Shown here in pieces: positions 32,071 to 51,048 of a DNA stretch of 64,000 nucleotides (its first letter is position 1; the number at the start of each line of letters is the position of its first letter). The notes beneath the pieces were generated by a model. That model was not told where the DNA came from, searched no databases, and saw only the letters and a list, made by a program, of their open reading frames with translations. The DNA comes from Marsupella aquatica (lineage: Eukaryota; Plantae; Marchantiophyta). The DNA lies in NCBI GenBank assembly GCA_973895155.1, contig OZ316892.1:6927251-6991250 (forward strand). Reading direction: 5' to 3'. The translations under genes and the position numbers were made by a program.

Positions 32071-33911
32071 AATGGAAATATTCGTGACTGTCATCAAGCT
32101 CATTGAAAGGCTATTTTAACCGAGTATGTGAACTTTTTCGAGTCTGCATTATTCCGACTAGTTCACGTCGGATTATTGTTCGTGAGTGCTAGAGGAGACA
32201 GACTTTTGAAGTAATGAGTAGTTAGGGGTCAATACTTTTCCACTGAATTACAAGTAGGTACTTAGAATAATTTATCTCAGTCTTGCTAGAGGCTGCCAAA
32301 AAAATTCCGGTTGCTGTTTGGTTTGCATATGCCGCCTATGCCAGATCTCTTCATATTCCCCTCACGTCCTCAGGCAGTGGAAATAACTAGGGCAATCTAA
32401 AATCCATTAGCGATGTAACGTAAATCAATTCTGGGAAGTATACACTGGTACCTGAGGCCATCACTCGAGTGTGAAAAGGCTACAAATTGAATGGGAAAGC
32501 TACGGGGAGATCTGGGTCGGTAGCCCAAGTTGAGTGGAAAGTAATATTGAAGGCACTTGGATTGCAGCTGGTTGATGTACATTCAACAGATATTGTAAGG
32601 TATTGAAGTGCTTGGAAAATTGTTCGAGGTAGATAGCCTAGGTAATGCTCAATTGGATGTTGAAGCAGCTGGCACTTGAATCATCAAGGAAGCTACAGCA
32701 GCTTGCTATGCTATAGTCAAGAGAAATGTTCGGACTTGCATGGGCCTTAACTCAATCACAAGGTCGGGAAGGTTTCCCTTGAATTGAGTTGCTGACAAAT
32801 CCATCTCGCATGCACTAGTGATCTGCACATCCGAGACTCATCCAGTTTGTCCAGTGCACATCTTCCTTAGACGAGGAACTGTATTCACCTAAGCCTTTTT
32901 TCAAGTAATCGCAAGCTTGGCTGGTCCTAAGTGGTCAATTTCACTTTCTGATTGAATTGTTTCTCTGCTTACAGCCACTAATGGCAGATCCTCTTCAGGT
33001 AGAACTAGTTTCAGTTCGGATACCGAATGGAAGTGAAAGTTTTCGCCCGGTGGTTTAGGCACTGACCTGGCAGCCTTGAAAGAGAAGTCTGATGTCAATG
33101 TAGGCGGGTTTGGAGAGCTCCCTGTGTTCACCTTCCTGTCAGACAAGTCGAAGATTGCAAAGAGATGTCAGAAATAAGCACAAACCATAAAGTGTAACCA
33201 GTCAAACACATAAACTAAGATTCAGAATGCATTTGAACGAAAGGGTACACATATTTTGGTATCTCAGTAAATGTTGGAGTGACAACAAGTCGAAGACTAC
33301 ACTTGATTTTTCCGTCCCACCCCAGAAAGCGCGAACCAACAAAACGACGAGACTGACTTATTGAAAAGCTTGGCATCTGTATAAGGGATCCCTGTCCAAC
33401 TGCTTTCAACCAAAGCTGTTCCGTTCGTAGGTATTGCCAGCCTGTTCTCGTGTGGTAATAAGGCTCGGTATCCGCCTTCCATCAACAGATCAATCAAATA
33501 ACCTAGGAATGGGCAGCTTTGCTTGCAAATTAGCTTGAGCCCCGAGCCCAGCTACTTTGACTGTTTCAATTGTACAAAACTGATAGCTCGTCGTGCAAAA
33601 TTCGTTCCTGTGCATGCCTCCTGCCAAAGCCCATGGTACACAACTATGCTGGCGCTTTTGCATTCTGGGCTTTTGTAGCACAATGTTTGCCAATGAAGCA
33701 GGTGTGGGCCGACATATTACCGTGCCATATCTCTTTTCACGGAATTAGAGTTATGGAGTAAAACCAGGCAGTCATGAAAGACAGAAAACAGTGCCTAAAT
33801 TCACATCTGAACCACACTTTCTCATTTATGATAGGTCACTTTTACAGCTAACATTCGTTTAAAACCCTCCCCCGAGTGCTGTGTAATTAAGACCAGCAGA
33901 TGTATTCTTAC

Positions 33912-34880
33912 CTCATATAGATGAGCCAAGCGTAACAGGACATCTCCATTCTCAGCCTCCTGGAATATTACGCTCAGATTAACAGAATGAGCGAGCCATA
34001 TAGACTTCATGAATCGAAGATAATTCAACGTATGAACGATTCATAGTTATGTTCCAATCTGAAGAGATGCGTAATCATTACTGCAGTGCAAACATTGCTG
34101 CCAGGTTTTAATTACTAGAAGCTTGGTCGAGCACTGCTGGAATCATGCATGCAACGCACACCGAAGTGGCATCTTAAAGTTCAACCTCTAGAGTGACTAG
34201 CGTAACGTTGTCAGGCAAGGAGTAGCCCCGCTCGTGGGCTCCGGCCCCAAACTCAGGAGCGCCAGGTTGGTTCCACGCTGTGATTGGAACCTGCGGTTGA
34301 GGCCAAAAGCATGTGACAGTAATTTGAGTCCGTGGAGCAAATCCGCTCAATCTGATTCGATTTCCGCATCTTTAACTGTTGTCGATCGATCTGCTATACA
34401 TTTTTGGATGAAGCTTGAATTGTTTACAATGAAACATAATGAAACATTGCTAAGTAGAATTGATACAATGTTGGATGAGTCACTTGCCTTTGAGCAATAT
34501 CGAAACAGAACAGTCTGATATATACGGGGATATATACCTTCCGAGCAAAAGCTCTAGGAAATTGAATCATGTTTGCCTGTGATTAGAAGCGTATAAAAGA
34601 AATTGTGTGCCTACATGAGGATGGCTATAGATCTTGCACATGAATCATGTTTGGGAATTGAATTCGACTCGAACTTCCAGACCGTTCATCTGCGGGCAAC
34701 AGACTAAATACTCGTTTCGATAACAACCTGCTGGTTGCCGTAATGGTCGAAACCAGACTCGTCGTGATAGCCGTTGGCGTAGAATTTCTGGCCTCCCATC
34801 GATCTTCGCCGCTGCAGTGCTGCGGATGCTGCCTCGTACTTGGCTTTCGAAGATGGCAAATACCGTCCCTCCGACTTCAC
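33912..34880 (-). pseudogene. GH38 alpha-mannosidase C-terminal exons (orphan, divergent)
   Basis: Exon 34186-34290 VPITAWNQPGAPEFGAGAHERGYSLPDNVTLVTLE and exon 33912-33959 EAENGDVLLRLAHLYE match the plant GH38 YSLPDNVAxxTLQ|ELxxGxVLLRLAHLYE region. Upstream QRRRSMGGQKFYA weakly resembles WRRSFGQEIYS. No catalytic-domain exons recognised. Confidence 0.65.
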
Positions 34881-37800
34881 TCAGTCCGTGACCAATCGAA
34901 TCAGACAACATCATCATGAGAGAAAACTCTCGATATTGAAAAAGTGTGTCGGTTCCAGGGATCAAGAGCATGGACCACAACTCCGACTAGACGTAGTGAG
35001 GGACAATGCCTTGAATCAAAATTGATATGACATGAGGCTTTCCAATCTGGTGGCCAATGGATAGTCTGAGTGTGTAAGTACTCACAGTTATGCCCGGTCC
35101 TTCCGGAGGTGCATTGTCCAGCCAGCCATCTGCGCCTCGTGCCCTCGGTGCCGGCCCACGCTCGTCGTTAGAAGTCGGCTCCGTCGATGGCCTCTTGGCA
35201 AACTGCGATTCCGCCAACAAACGCCTGAACACGCAACGGTTGCTCCCAAGCCAAAATTCAACATCGATCACCCGCCACCAAGGCAAAGCAAAGCACGGAG
35301 CAGCAAGTGCGCAAAAGAATTCAATCGCACAATCTCGATTCCGTGTCACACACCTAAAATGTAACTGATCCGAGAACTGATCGAGAGATTTTCGTGACCA
35401 ATCCGCGAGCGAAGACAGGTCCTGGCCGTCGATTATTTCTGGACGAACGTAGGATGTTGAATTCTGAATCTTCGGGCATGCAAAGGGCCAGGATGGGAGC
35501 CAGACCTTCCTCCTTCCGGAGGCGTTGTGTAAGAAAAGAGGGGTTTCAGTGAAGTCTGAATAATAGCCAAACTATATATTGTGTCGCTCCGGTTTTTCCC
35601 ACGTACCGTCCGACGAACGTTCTTTGCTTTGATACTACTAGGCTCTCTCCTGTGACGGAAGATGGGAATGCTAGCAGCTTTAGTCGAAAGAGGAAAAAAG
35701 GTTTTGTGAGTCAATTGGGTCAGTGCAAGAACAAAGTTCTGATTGTACACTGCTCTCTTCTGCAGAATTGCAGATTCAATATCAGTTGATGGCAGATTCA
35801 TAAACTAGTAGCTTATACAAATCAATTATCAGTAAATCTAATCGAATGTTGATGAATCGTTGATCCACGCTTGTTTCTGTCGACCTGAAATCTGGCTAAA
35901 GAGACTGGTCTTGGCTGGTTGGCTAGGTGAAGGGACCCAGTTAGAGCTTACACACAGTAGAAGACCGATGTCTACCATTGTATTGCACTGTTAATGATCA
36001 GCTTCATCGATCAGGCTGTGCAATGAGTACCTGTAATCTGGCTGCGTTGCTCTGTGCTACAGCAAGTTTACCAAAGCTCATAAGTTTAGACTTGCGATTT
36101 CATCAATGGCTACAGCATTAAACAGGTACTTTTCGATCTAGTCTTTGATAGCTTAAATCGTGTTCAAACCCTTCGGGCGATAATTCATCTTGATCATCAA
36201 TCTACTGCGAGACTTAATATGAGGTATGAGCTGCCTCTGACATCGCCACCCTTAGAACTGCGGGCTAGAGAAACCGAAATAACGTCACTCAAGTCCTATG
36301 AAAACGTCATTTGGCCATGGCAGTCGACTTAACAGCAGTGACTTTTCAAACAACTACCTGCCTTCCGAAAAATGGAACAGTCCTTCCAAATCAGAATGCA
36401 CAACATTGAGCTCGGCTGTACAGTGGCCTTCTCATTACAAGGGATTAAGGCTCCGGCCCCAGAAGTACCAGGCAACCATTACTCGCTTTCATGGCTCGGC
36501 TAACGCTCTGTTGAAGTCTCCACTCAAATGGATTGAATATTTCCTCGTGTTCCAACGAGAGACGAGCTATGGCGGAAGGTAGAAAGAAGACTACATGCCT
36601 ACGTAATTTTAATTCGACAACTGGGTTACAACTATTGCCTACTTACCTCGACAACTGCTCGACAGAATTGGCCTATGAGGCGATTTGGACTCATAGGTCA
36701 ATTGAGAGACACCTATAGATATCAATATGGTTACAATAACACAAATCCATTGATTATAAATTTATGTCTTACTAGTCACAGTGTAGTTCTTTGCACATAC
36801 ACAGAGGTGAGTATATGCAAGCCATTTTCAGACACTCACCCTACCCCAATTTCTGTTTTACACCGGCCCCACCCCTAACTTCAGTTTTGCACTAGCCCCA
36901 CTCTCTAGAGACCTCACTCTGGACCATAGGTCTTGAAAATTAGATTCATATCATGCTTATACAATTAGATATGTTAAGAGGTAACTTAGAGTTCGTTTAC
37001 TTCATCGTAAGACTAAAATGCGTCATGGATTTTCAATGTGGGGACACGATACTATGCTTATCCGATCTAACACAAGCTAATGAAAGCTTTTCTTTTTCTC
37101 AAATAAAACTCTAATTTTTTTGTGTCCTAAACAAAATCTAAACAAAAAGAGCCTAAACTGAGGAGAGAGGATCCTGAGGTAAAACTCTCAGACTATAAAT
37201 AGACTCCAATATTTTTTAGTAATTATTTTTTAGTAATTATTATTGATAGAGGGAGTACCAAATATTTTTCAGCATGTAATTGTATGATAAGTGACCAACT
37301 TCTCCCCATTGAGCCAAAGGGAAATCTGGTATCCTCTCTTGTTTTTCAAATACTAAAGCTTTTCTTATTGAGACTGAGATTCTCCTTCCTTTCTATCAAA
37401 AATTTTCTGAATGTTGGATTTTTCCTCCCATAATTAGTTATCCGACTAGGTTATTTCCTAAGTGTTTGTAAAACACGGGAATTTATTCTAAGTTGGAACA
37501 ATCTCCTAGCAAGTATCTTTGACTAATTTTTGACAATAGTGGGGTTATTGCAAGAGCAATCTAATAAATTTAATGCTTTTATCCTTTCCTTTTATTAAAT
37601 ATTTGGGATTTTTCAACTTTTCACTGATGAATTTCAGTTACTCCAATGGGTAGTACATCAAATTTTATCATTTTTAAACAAGTGTTCATTTTGGTAACAT
37701 GTCATTAATTGAAGTCCCAGAATAAATATAGTTCCCATATTCTTGACGAGAAGTTCCTCTTCAGTTATATCACCTAAAAGGTGTTTTCCCAGTAGTTTTT

Positions 37801-38340
37801 TAGTGTACACCAGCGATCTGGTTCTGCCTCTTTATAAAAGTATTTTCTTCAAGGCGACAACCTCAAGATGAATTCCCGATTGGGATACCCCAAAAAGATG
37901 TGTAGAAATCTTAGTAGAAGAATACTATTCTGAATAGTTTACGCTGACACAGATCTTGGTTTGGAGCGAAGCTTTGAAGAAGCTTGCGTTGGTGTGAGAT
38001 ACATGAAGACAAATAGAAGGCAACAAATGATATGCTCCTTTGAGACTTCATTAATATGGATGCTATTCACTATATCACTAAAATGAATTTCGGTCTAGCG
38101 TGGATTGATTAGAATATTCAGGGTCTATATGTAGAACTTCTTGAGCCCCTACAAAAGTGTCATAGATTTTTTTGCCTCTGTGTGGAAATTTCTATTGAAG
38201 ATTTGAGTGAGCACTAGAGGCCTTTCACTTGATCCTCAAAGGGAATCACAGAGCTAAAATATTATCGGTTTCCTTCTCGTGCTAAAGTCACCCGAACTAA
38301 GTCAACCCATACCTAATAAAGCCCTTCACTCCTAGTTTAC

Positions 38341-38524
38341 TAGGGCGTGTCAAAGCAGAGCCATAACTGAGAGCCATAACTGAGTTACAGCCAATGATAT
38401 AAAAAGCTTTTATGGCCAGGACAAAACCATTACGGGCTGCCTAAATATGCACAGGGTAAGGGTAGTCCGTCCATAAACTTTCAGCCATAAGACCTAGCTC
38501 ACTGCAGTGGTGTGACACACCCTA
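38341..38524. mobile_element. Possible hAT-like MITE
   Basis: Terminal inverted 12-mers TAGGGCGTGTCA / TGACACACCCTA and internal GCCATAA repeats. No TSD found. Confidence 0.35.
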
Positions 38525-38876
38525 CTGGCCCTCCTTGAATTGGCCTATAACTTTTAAGACAGTTGTGTTTCTAATCAATTTCCAGTTCTCCAAGACAGCA
38601 TTGAAAGTACAAAAGCTCTACCAGAAATGATAGGAGAACCCAAGCATTCTATTCAAATCATGGACAGATTTGTAAAGTGGCATGATACTCAACATGTAAC
38701 TTGTATTGCTCCTCCATTTATTATCTATTTTTCGTCAACATTCTTGCCTATGAGATTGTCCATTCACACCTGACAGTGTGACACAGTACATGTGCATCTC
38801 GAGTGTGAGATCAATTAATCTCAGAGTGATCAATTAAGAATACTGGTTGTTGTGTCTGATCCAGAGAATTTGCCAC

Positions 38877-38914
38877 AGAGGAGAGGAGAGGAGAGGAGAG
38901 GAGAGGAGAGGAGA
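38877..38914. repeat. (AGAGG)n microsatellite
   Basis: About 7 perfect pentamer units. Confidence 0.9.
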
Positions 38915-41141
38915 CTGTCTGGGTTGAACTTCAGATAAATTACCGGGCTACGGAGGATTGCAGCCAGGAATGCTGTTGCCGTGAGGCTCGATTAGTGCCC
39001 TGCGGGGGCTGGGCATGCTGGTAAGTACGTGATGGACTCCTCCTACTCGCAGCGAATGCTCCCGCATACATCATAGAGCTCTCCAATCTCACAATCCACC
39101 CCCCCGTCCACACCTCACCAACCACTCACTTGATCTCCCATTTTTCATCTATGCATAATTATATCAATTGTCCACTCTCCAGGCTCCTACATTATTGATC
39201 CATGCTCCGAATCCAAGCCAGCCGGTGCACCACATTGTGAATCACTATCTTCCACTCGATCCTCAAAGTGGTTTGCAATTCTTCAAACTGAGCATTGCTG
39301 AATCTTGGGCTGTACCTAAGGAGCTATATACCACTTCGTTGGATACCCACATTTGCAACGTCCGGTGATCAGTACTTCTATCCCACGGAGTAGCGAGCTA
39401 AATGTGCAGTTGAGGAGTGCCTAGGCTGGATGAAGGCTAATCAATTGAAAAGAACTCTTATATGAGTTTGGCTTAATTTTGTTTGCTGAAAGGAATCTGT
39501 GTCATACTGCTGGGATTGAGTGGTGTATAGTTGTCTAACTGCCAGGATGTGTTCGTGCACCGTGGGAGGAACATAACCGCTAGAAGCCAGCCCAGAATTT
39601 ATAGCCTAAGTTTCAGCGGCTTCCCTCAATATCATATCATGGATGTGTCTCTTCAGGTGAAAGCCGTAAGTTGTGATCTAAGGGGATTCCTGGAGATGCG
39701 GTCAGTATGTCAGTACAAGTCTAAAGTACGGCTCTCTCTGATTAACGTTATTGAGACAAATGTTGGAGTAATTTGGGTCTTCTAAAAGCTGTGAGCAAAG
39801 AGAGTTCTAACCCCGGTTCTATCAACACAAATTCCAGGGTTCAGCCAATGATACAATGTAAGTCTTTAAGGTAAGCTGGACAAATCCTTATTGACTCAAT
39901 AAGGTCTATAAGCCCTTTCAATCCCGTCACTGGGACCATCTTGTCTTTGGTGCATTACAACCCCTTAGTGGAACCAAATTGTACGTAGCAAGTAGGTCAC
40001 TTCTTTGGAGAATTTAAGCAAGGGAAGCGAGCAGATTCATAGGTTTCAACAATTGTTGGGCTCAGTAGATGTCATTTTTAGGTACAATGTAGACTGAGAC
40101 CTCAGACACCCAATTATCCTGGACCAAAGTCTTGGAATGAATCTTCATCCGTTGCAGGCTCCATTGCTCATAATGTCCTGGACTTCAATCCCATTCAAAT
40201 TGTAAGACAGATATGGCAGCAACTTGCGCGATGGACGGTGTAGCAACAATTAGATTAATCAGACAATTCAAGGATTGGTGCTGAGCAGATATGTTACAGG
40301 ATGAGCGGATAGTGAGAGCTTCAATTCACAGTGACATTTGCTTGAGATGGAATTAAAGTTTCTGATCAACTTTAAGCACTATGCGTACCATGATTTGAGG
40401 AATATGTGGGATGTGCACAGTTACAAGTACCGATGTATGGGGGTTCATGGGGATCCAATCTAATTGTGCGCTATTCCCATCGCCACCCTGTTTTCAGTGT
40501 TTGATACAATTTTGGCTGAAACCCATGGCATCTCGAACATCAGAAGCTGAAAGTCTTCAAACAAGCACAGTTGTTTGTCATTCCAAGACATGCCTACTTG
40601 TTTGAGGTTTAGAGTTCTTTGTCCTGTGTTTCTTGAAAATTATCTGCCTTCTTTGCACAATTAGAGTCACTTGAAGGGGCACTCAGGAGACCAAAACTAC
40701 TCTCTCAATTTGGATGGTGATCGAATTAAATCCGTTGCACCCATATACAACAAGAAGAAAGTTCCCTTTAATCATGATAGAATGGTAGAAGAAACTCCAT
40801 ATGCATCCACACATTTGCTTTTATGTTTAGGAAGACAATTGCTTTTCCCCAGGCTCCAAGCTCTATTAGGAAAAATCCCGTTGGGAAGGAAATGAAGTTT
40901 GCATATCACAAACTCTGATTAGAGCAATAAGGTTTCACATCACCAAGCTGGGTTTTTTTATCTGATTCGTGTGAGAAAATTCACATCTGAAGTGGCTTTG
41001 GTGCAGAAAAGATTGAACAACCAGACCAGACCAGTTTGGGAGTTTGTTTCATCTTTTCAAACTGTAGGTGAACATATGGTATACTGAAGCTAGGATGTTA
41101 ATGATCAAAATCTAATAGTGGCAACATCATCAGAATGCCAA

Positions 41142-44099
41142 TCATTGGCGTGCCCGTTCAATGGGATTTTGGAGATACTGCAATGAAATCAAAATAGCCT
41201 CCTGAATCACCACATCAACGAATACCAAGAAAGGTTCAGTACTTGTACAGTGTCAAAATATTCTTATTCTTAGTGGACCTGCACATTGCCTTGTTTTACG
41301 ATAAAGGCAATACCATCCTGCTCAGCTGAAATTAGAGGGCATGGTAGCTGAATGGCTGGTAGGACATAAGTTTGGGCAGGAAACCTGTTCATACCTCAGT
41401 GCGAATGGTTCTGCTTCCTTGTGCTGGACAAGTATTAAGATACCGATCAAACAGGTAACCAACTTCATCAACCTGCATAAATTCCCCATCCCGATGATTT
41501 CAAAACATCTCAAAACAAAGCTTCATTTTCCAACAAGCTCTGGATTGCGATGGGACAAGAGACATTGTACACAGGCCAAGCACCTAACGGGTGGAAAACA
41601 TGAATGGAATCAGAACGCATAAAAATCATGCTCAACTAAGGGGCCGCATCAATGTCTCACCTCTATATTTGTGTCCTGTTTAAGACTCCATTCCAATCCA
41701 GTCACACCTCCGAAGACAACAAGCAGATGCCTGTTCCAAATTAAAAAGCTCAGATACCAATCCACCAGAATTACAAAGACCAGTGTCAAGAAATGTATTT
41801 CACATGCTAGTTTCAAAATTTGACTTCCTCAAGCTGAACTTCTTACTTGAAAGGTGGTATGACAAAATCAGCAGAGTTGGGCTTCTCTCCATGCTCTGAA
41901 GTCCCAATGCTGTAATCATATCCGTCCTGTTCATCAGATTTAGTTATATTGTCGCTGTCTACTGATGAGGTCATCTCGAAGACGGTTATAGACTCCATTG
42001 TCCATCGGCTAATCAGATTGAATCAAAAGACCTTCAATGAAAAGACCACCAGATCACAGAACTATTCGAAGGGCAGTGGACATGATCATAATTGTCACGG
42101 AACTTCGGAAGTTAGAAATGGTAAATTCTTGTACCTTGAAAGGGCAATCTGTGAAAATTGCACTGAAAGAAGGTGCAAGACGAACTGAGTAGCCCCAATA
42201 CAACCCATCTTTCTCTCTAGGCTCTGATGGTGCCACTGCCTTTAATTTCTCTCCTGCATATTCAAGAGGCAGCTCGTCCTGAGCACAGAGCTTACGTCAC
42301 ATGAAACAGGAGTCTGATGCAGAACAACACAGAAAAAGGTTCCACTGCAAGTATTTGCAGCTGTGCACTTCATTACGGTGCCTTCAAAGTTGTAGAAACA
42401 CGGATGCCAAATTCAATTCAAAGATTGGGTACTCTACCTGATCACACAAACAATAACTAAAATCAATACCCATCTGCTTTAATTTCCGTCTGGTGGGTAA
42501 AAGAAGCTACATATACCTGAAAATTTGGCAAATTTGCGACTAGATCCCATCTCTACTGTAACTCGCGTGCTCGGCTTCAGTTTCTCACCAATAATTACGT
42601 CCTACGGCATGCCAATGTTGCACAGAAAATGAGTACCTCGTATTATAGCATGCGATTCACTACTCCCCTCACCAAAGTCAAAATGAATCACATCCTTGTT
42701 CTGTAACCGAAAATAATTATTATGAGACTATGAACTGAGAAATTAGATATACCATACAAAGGTGGACAAGGAACTTTCAAAGACCAAAGGATATTTCTCC
42801 GAAATAACCAAGCACACAATGCTTTCCTATTATTGGTGTCTAAGGATTTAAACAGAGTGTCTACTTGGCTTCTTCTAGTAAGGTGCGTCTTTGGACCTTG
42901 GCCAGTCCAACATTGACGTAAGAGCCCTCTCCATTTTCGATGCTCTTGTCAAGGACAACTCCTTCACGGTATGAAAGCCACTCATTTTTGCGAAGGTGGT
43001 GTGGAGAATCTAATGGTGGTAATATTCCCTGCATTGTCCCCCAAATCAATCTCACATTAGCAAATCTTCGTAGTGACGCCATCATATCTCGCCTTAGAGT
43101 ACACGACCAAATAAAGCCAATGGTTTTATGACATCTTTTTTCATTCCATTTCAAGCCTTCTTCCAGTTTAAAGATAAGCTGTTTTACAGAAACGAATTCT
43201 CGTTTCAAAACAAGCAACGTTTCCTATCTAGCTTTTACATAACCTTCTGAATGTTTCCAAAATCATACAGTTTTCACTGATTAGTGCACAGAGACTGACT
43301 CAGGAGAGGAGCAACCGATCCGATACCACAAAGCGAAGGCTCGTATGCATTGGGAAGAGTGCACGACGCAAATATTGAGGAGTCTCAAGGTACTGCAGAA
43401 CCCTTGCCATGAAGACTCCCCCAGTGTCATCAGCACAGTCACTCCAACGCCTGGCCTTGGCTGAGGCCTTTGCAGCTGAGACATTGTCATCATACACAAC
43501 CAACTGTACGAAGGAAATTGAGGGGTTTAGGGTTTAGAAGTGCGAAAATTCCTTATCCAACCAAATGGTCCGAAACATTTCTAGCTAAAGCAATGAATCA
43601 CACATAGTCGGCCCAAACGTTTTACACAACAATTAGAGCACTGAACGGTTTACGGTTTACGGTGTAGGGTTTTGCTGTAATTTCAAAAACATAGCTCTTC
43701 CGACAGACCTCATCGATTCGGAAAATTACTGCTGCTCTTGCTATCTGTCCTGCCAGCTGAATTCGTTTGACGGCACCTGCATGCAACGCCGTGAGCATAA
43801 CTTGAGAGAACATCGAAATTCCAGGTCAATTGAGATGGAATCCAGTTAACCTCTTGTTGTCCAGCAATTTCAGGCAATTCTAAATCAATTCAGCCGTCAG
43901 GAAGAGCATCCATACAATAAAAATGCAATTCTATCCATGCAATTATTTGGGGTTTAGCAAGGGGGAAACGCACCAAGGTGGCAAGCTCCAGCGACATCGT
44001 GTTGTCGACGACAGAGCCGGCAACGGCCATGCTGACAGTGTAGCCCCTCCCAACCGGCTTGGATCCGTTCGAGCCATTCTTCTCTGCTGTCTTCGGCAT
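41142..44099 (-). CDS. SPOUT1: SPOUT-family RNA methyltransferase, SPOUT1/C9orf114 (CENP-32)-like, multi-exon
   Basis: Exons read YTVSMAVAGSVVDN, LAGQIARAAVIFRIDE, LQYLETPQYLRRALFP, GILPPLDSPHH...YREG, YSIGTSEHG, HLLVVFGG, YLNTCPAQGSRTIRTE|EAILISL. ATG at 44099; stop at 41142-41144. Confidence 0.9.
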
Positions 44100-45809
44100 T
44101 GCTCTAGTCTTTCTCTCGGTTTTTCACAAGGATCCTCCCACCACAATCCAAATCAGCACTCTCTTTGGATTATTTTTCTTCTAGTGTGGGGATTTCAATA
44201 ATCGAGAATCCGCTCGATCAGTAAGATGGCTTTCTTTGCTTAGCTTTGCATTCTTTGCAGAAGGTGTCACAAGCGGCAAAACATTCAAACCGTAGGGCCC
44301 TGTGCTTTAAGTTCCTTTATAAAGTAGGTACTGTAGTCATTTCACAACTCATTTCACAGATCGTGAAATAGTTTATACTAAAGAGCATTTCATATTTTTG
44401 AGAATTTTCAGTTTACATGTAGTACATACAATTATGATAGTGAAGGTTCAATCCCCCCTCCTCACAGGAGTGTGGAGGGTATATGTGTTTGGGTGGGATG
44501 GGTTTTGTGGGTAGTAGATGGGAGTTCTGGTAGTCCAATTTGCGGCCCTGATTTAATACTTGCTCCTTCCTAGTGCAGATCCCTGTTGGGTCCAGTGAGG
44601 GTTCACCCTGAAATGGGTCCCTTAGAATGAATGTATGTACTATTGGGGTGGGGAGAGACTACTAAGTGTTCTTCCTCATCTCCATGCAAGACACACAAAA
44701 AATGATTATGATAGTGTATAATTAATGCCCTTTGGTGATTTGAAGAATGCACTGTGTGGATTTGGGGAGGGAGTTATGAAACTTCTACTCTACTTTTAAT
44801 GAAATAATAAAAGTAGAAAATCTCTCAGGTCTTAAGTATATAATGCCCTGTTGAGAGGGGGCATTCTCAGGGCTTCATGGTCCACAATGCCTGTTACTGG
44901 GATGTTACTTTGTAGCAAAGAGTGTTTCATATTTTTGGAAAAGCTTAACAATGTCATCTCATTAAGTCAGCACAGGGAGCTGTCTACTTTTCTCAGAAAA
45001 GACATCTTAAATCAAGATCTTAATTATGTCAGTGGTTCATACCTATCTTGACTGTGGGCCAGGAAGTCACCTAGTGTGCCAGCCTGATCCCTGATGCCTG
45101 GTACCGGTGCGGATGCTCTTACACTTGAGTTCATCATTCCTAATGCTTTCACTATTTTCATAAACACATATTATTGTTAAGTCATGGCGTTATGTACAGG
45201 TCTAAGCACTATAACTAAGTAAGTTTAACCCTGACTACTTCTGAGGTCAGTCATTATTACTTATTCTTGGTTTTTCCTTAACCTTTTCACCGTAGGTTTT
45301 TCCATAACCTTTTAATTGCTCACTTATTGGAGTTTAATATGTAGGAATTTAAATCATTCTGAAATCCCTACTAACCACACTAAAATCTTAATTAGCCTAA
45401 CCATATGAAGTGTTACTCAAACTCGGAACTCCTATGCTATACTAGTTCAATACTTAAAAAAAAACTTTAGCCTAGTAGATAGCTTCAATCCAAGGTCTCA
45501 TAGTGTGTAGAAAAACTTATGGAAAGTGTACCTCCCAAAGTAAGCAAGGAGTCGCCACCTGACCTCCTTCCCAGATCCTATTTAAATCTGGGAAGGAGCT
45601 CCATACATCCTATGGCTTGAGCAACATAGAAGGACTTGTCCGAACATCTTGTGAGATATGTACCTCACGCCTCCATGCATCCTATATCTTAAGCAACAGG
45701 ATGGTACATAATGGCCAAGCAAGCCCAACAGATGAGCTGTGAGGAATCTTGAAAACACTAGCAGTTTGAACAGTGTTCTTATAAACTCCACTGTCTATAT
45801 TGACCCTCC

Positions 45810-51048
<5,239 letters not shown>

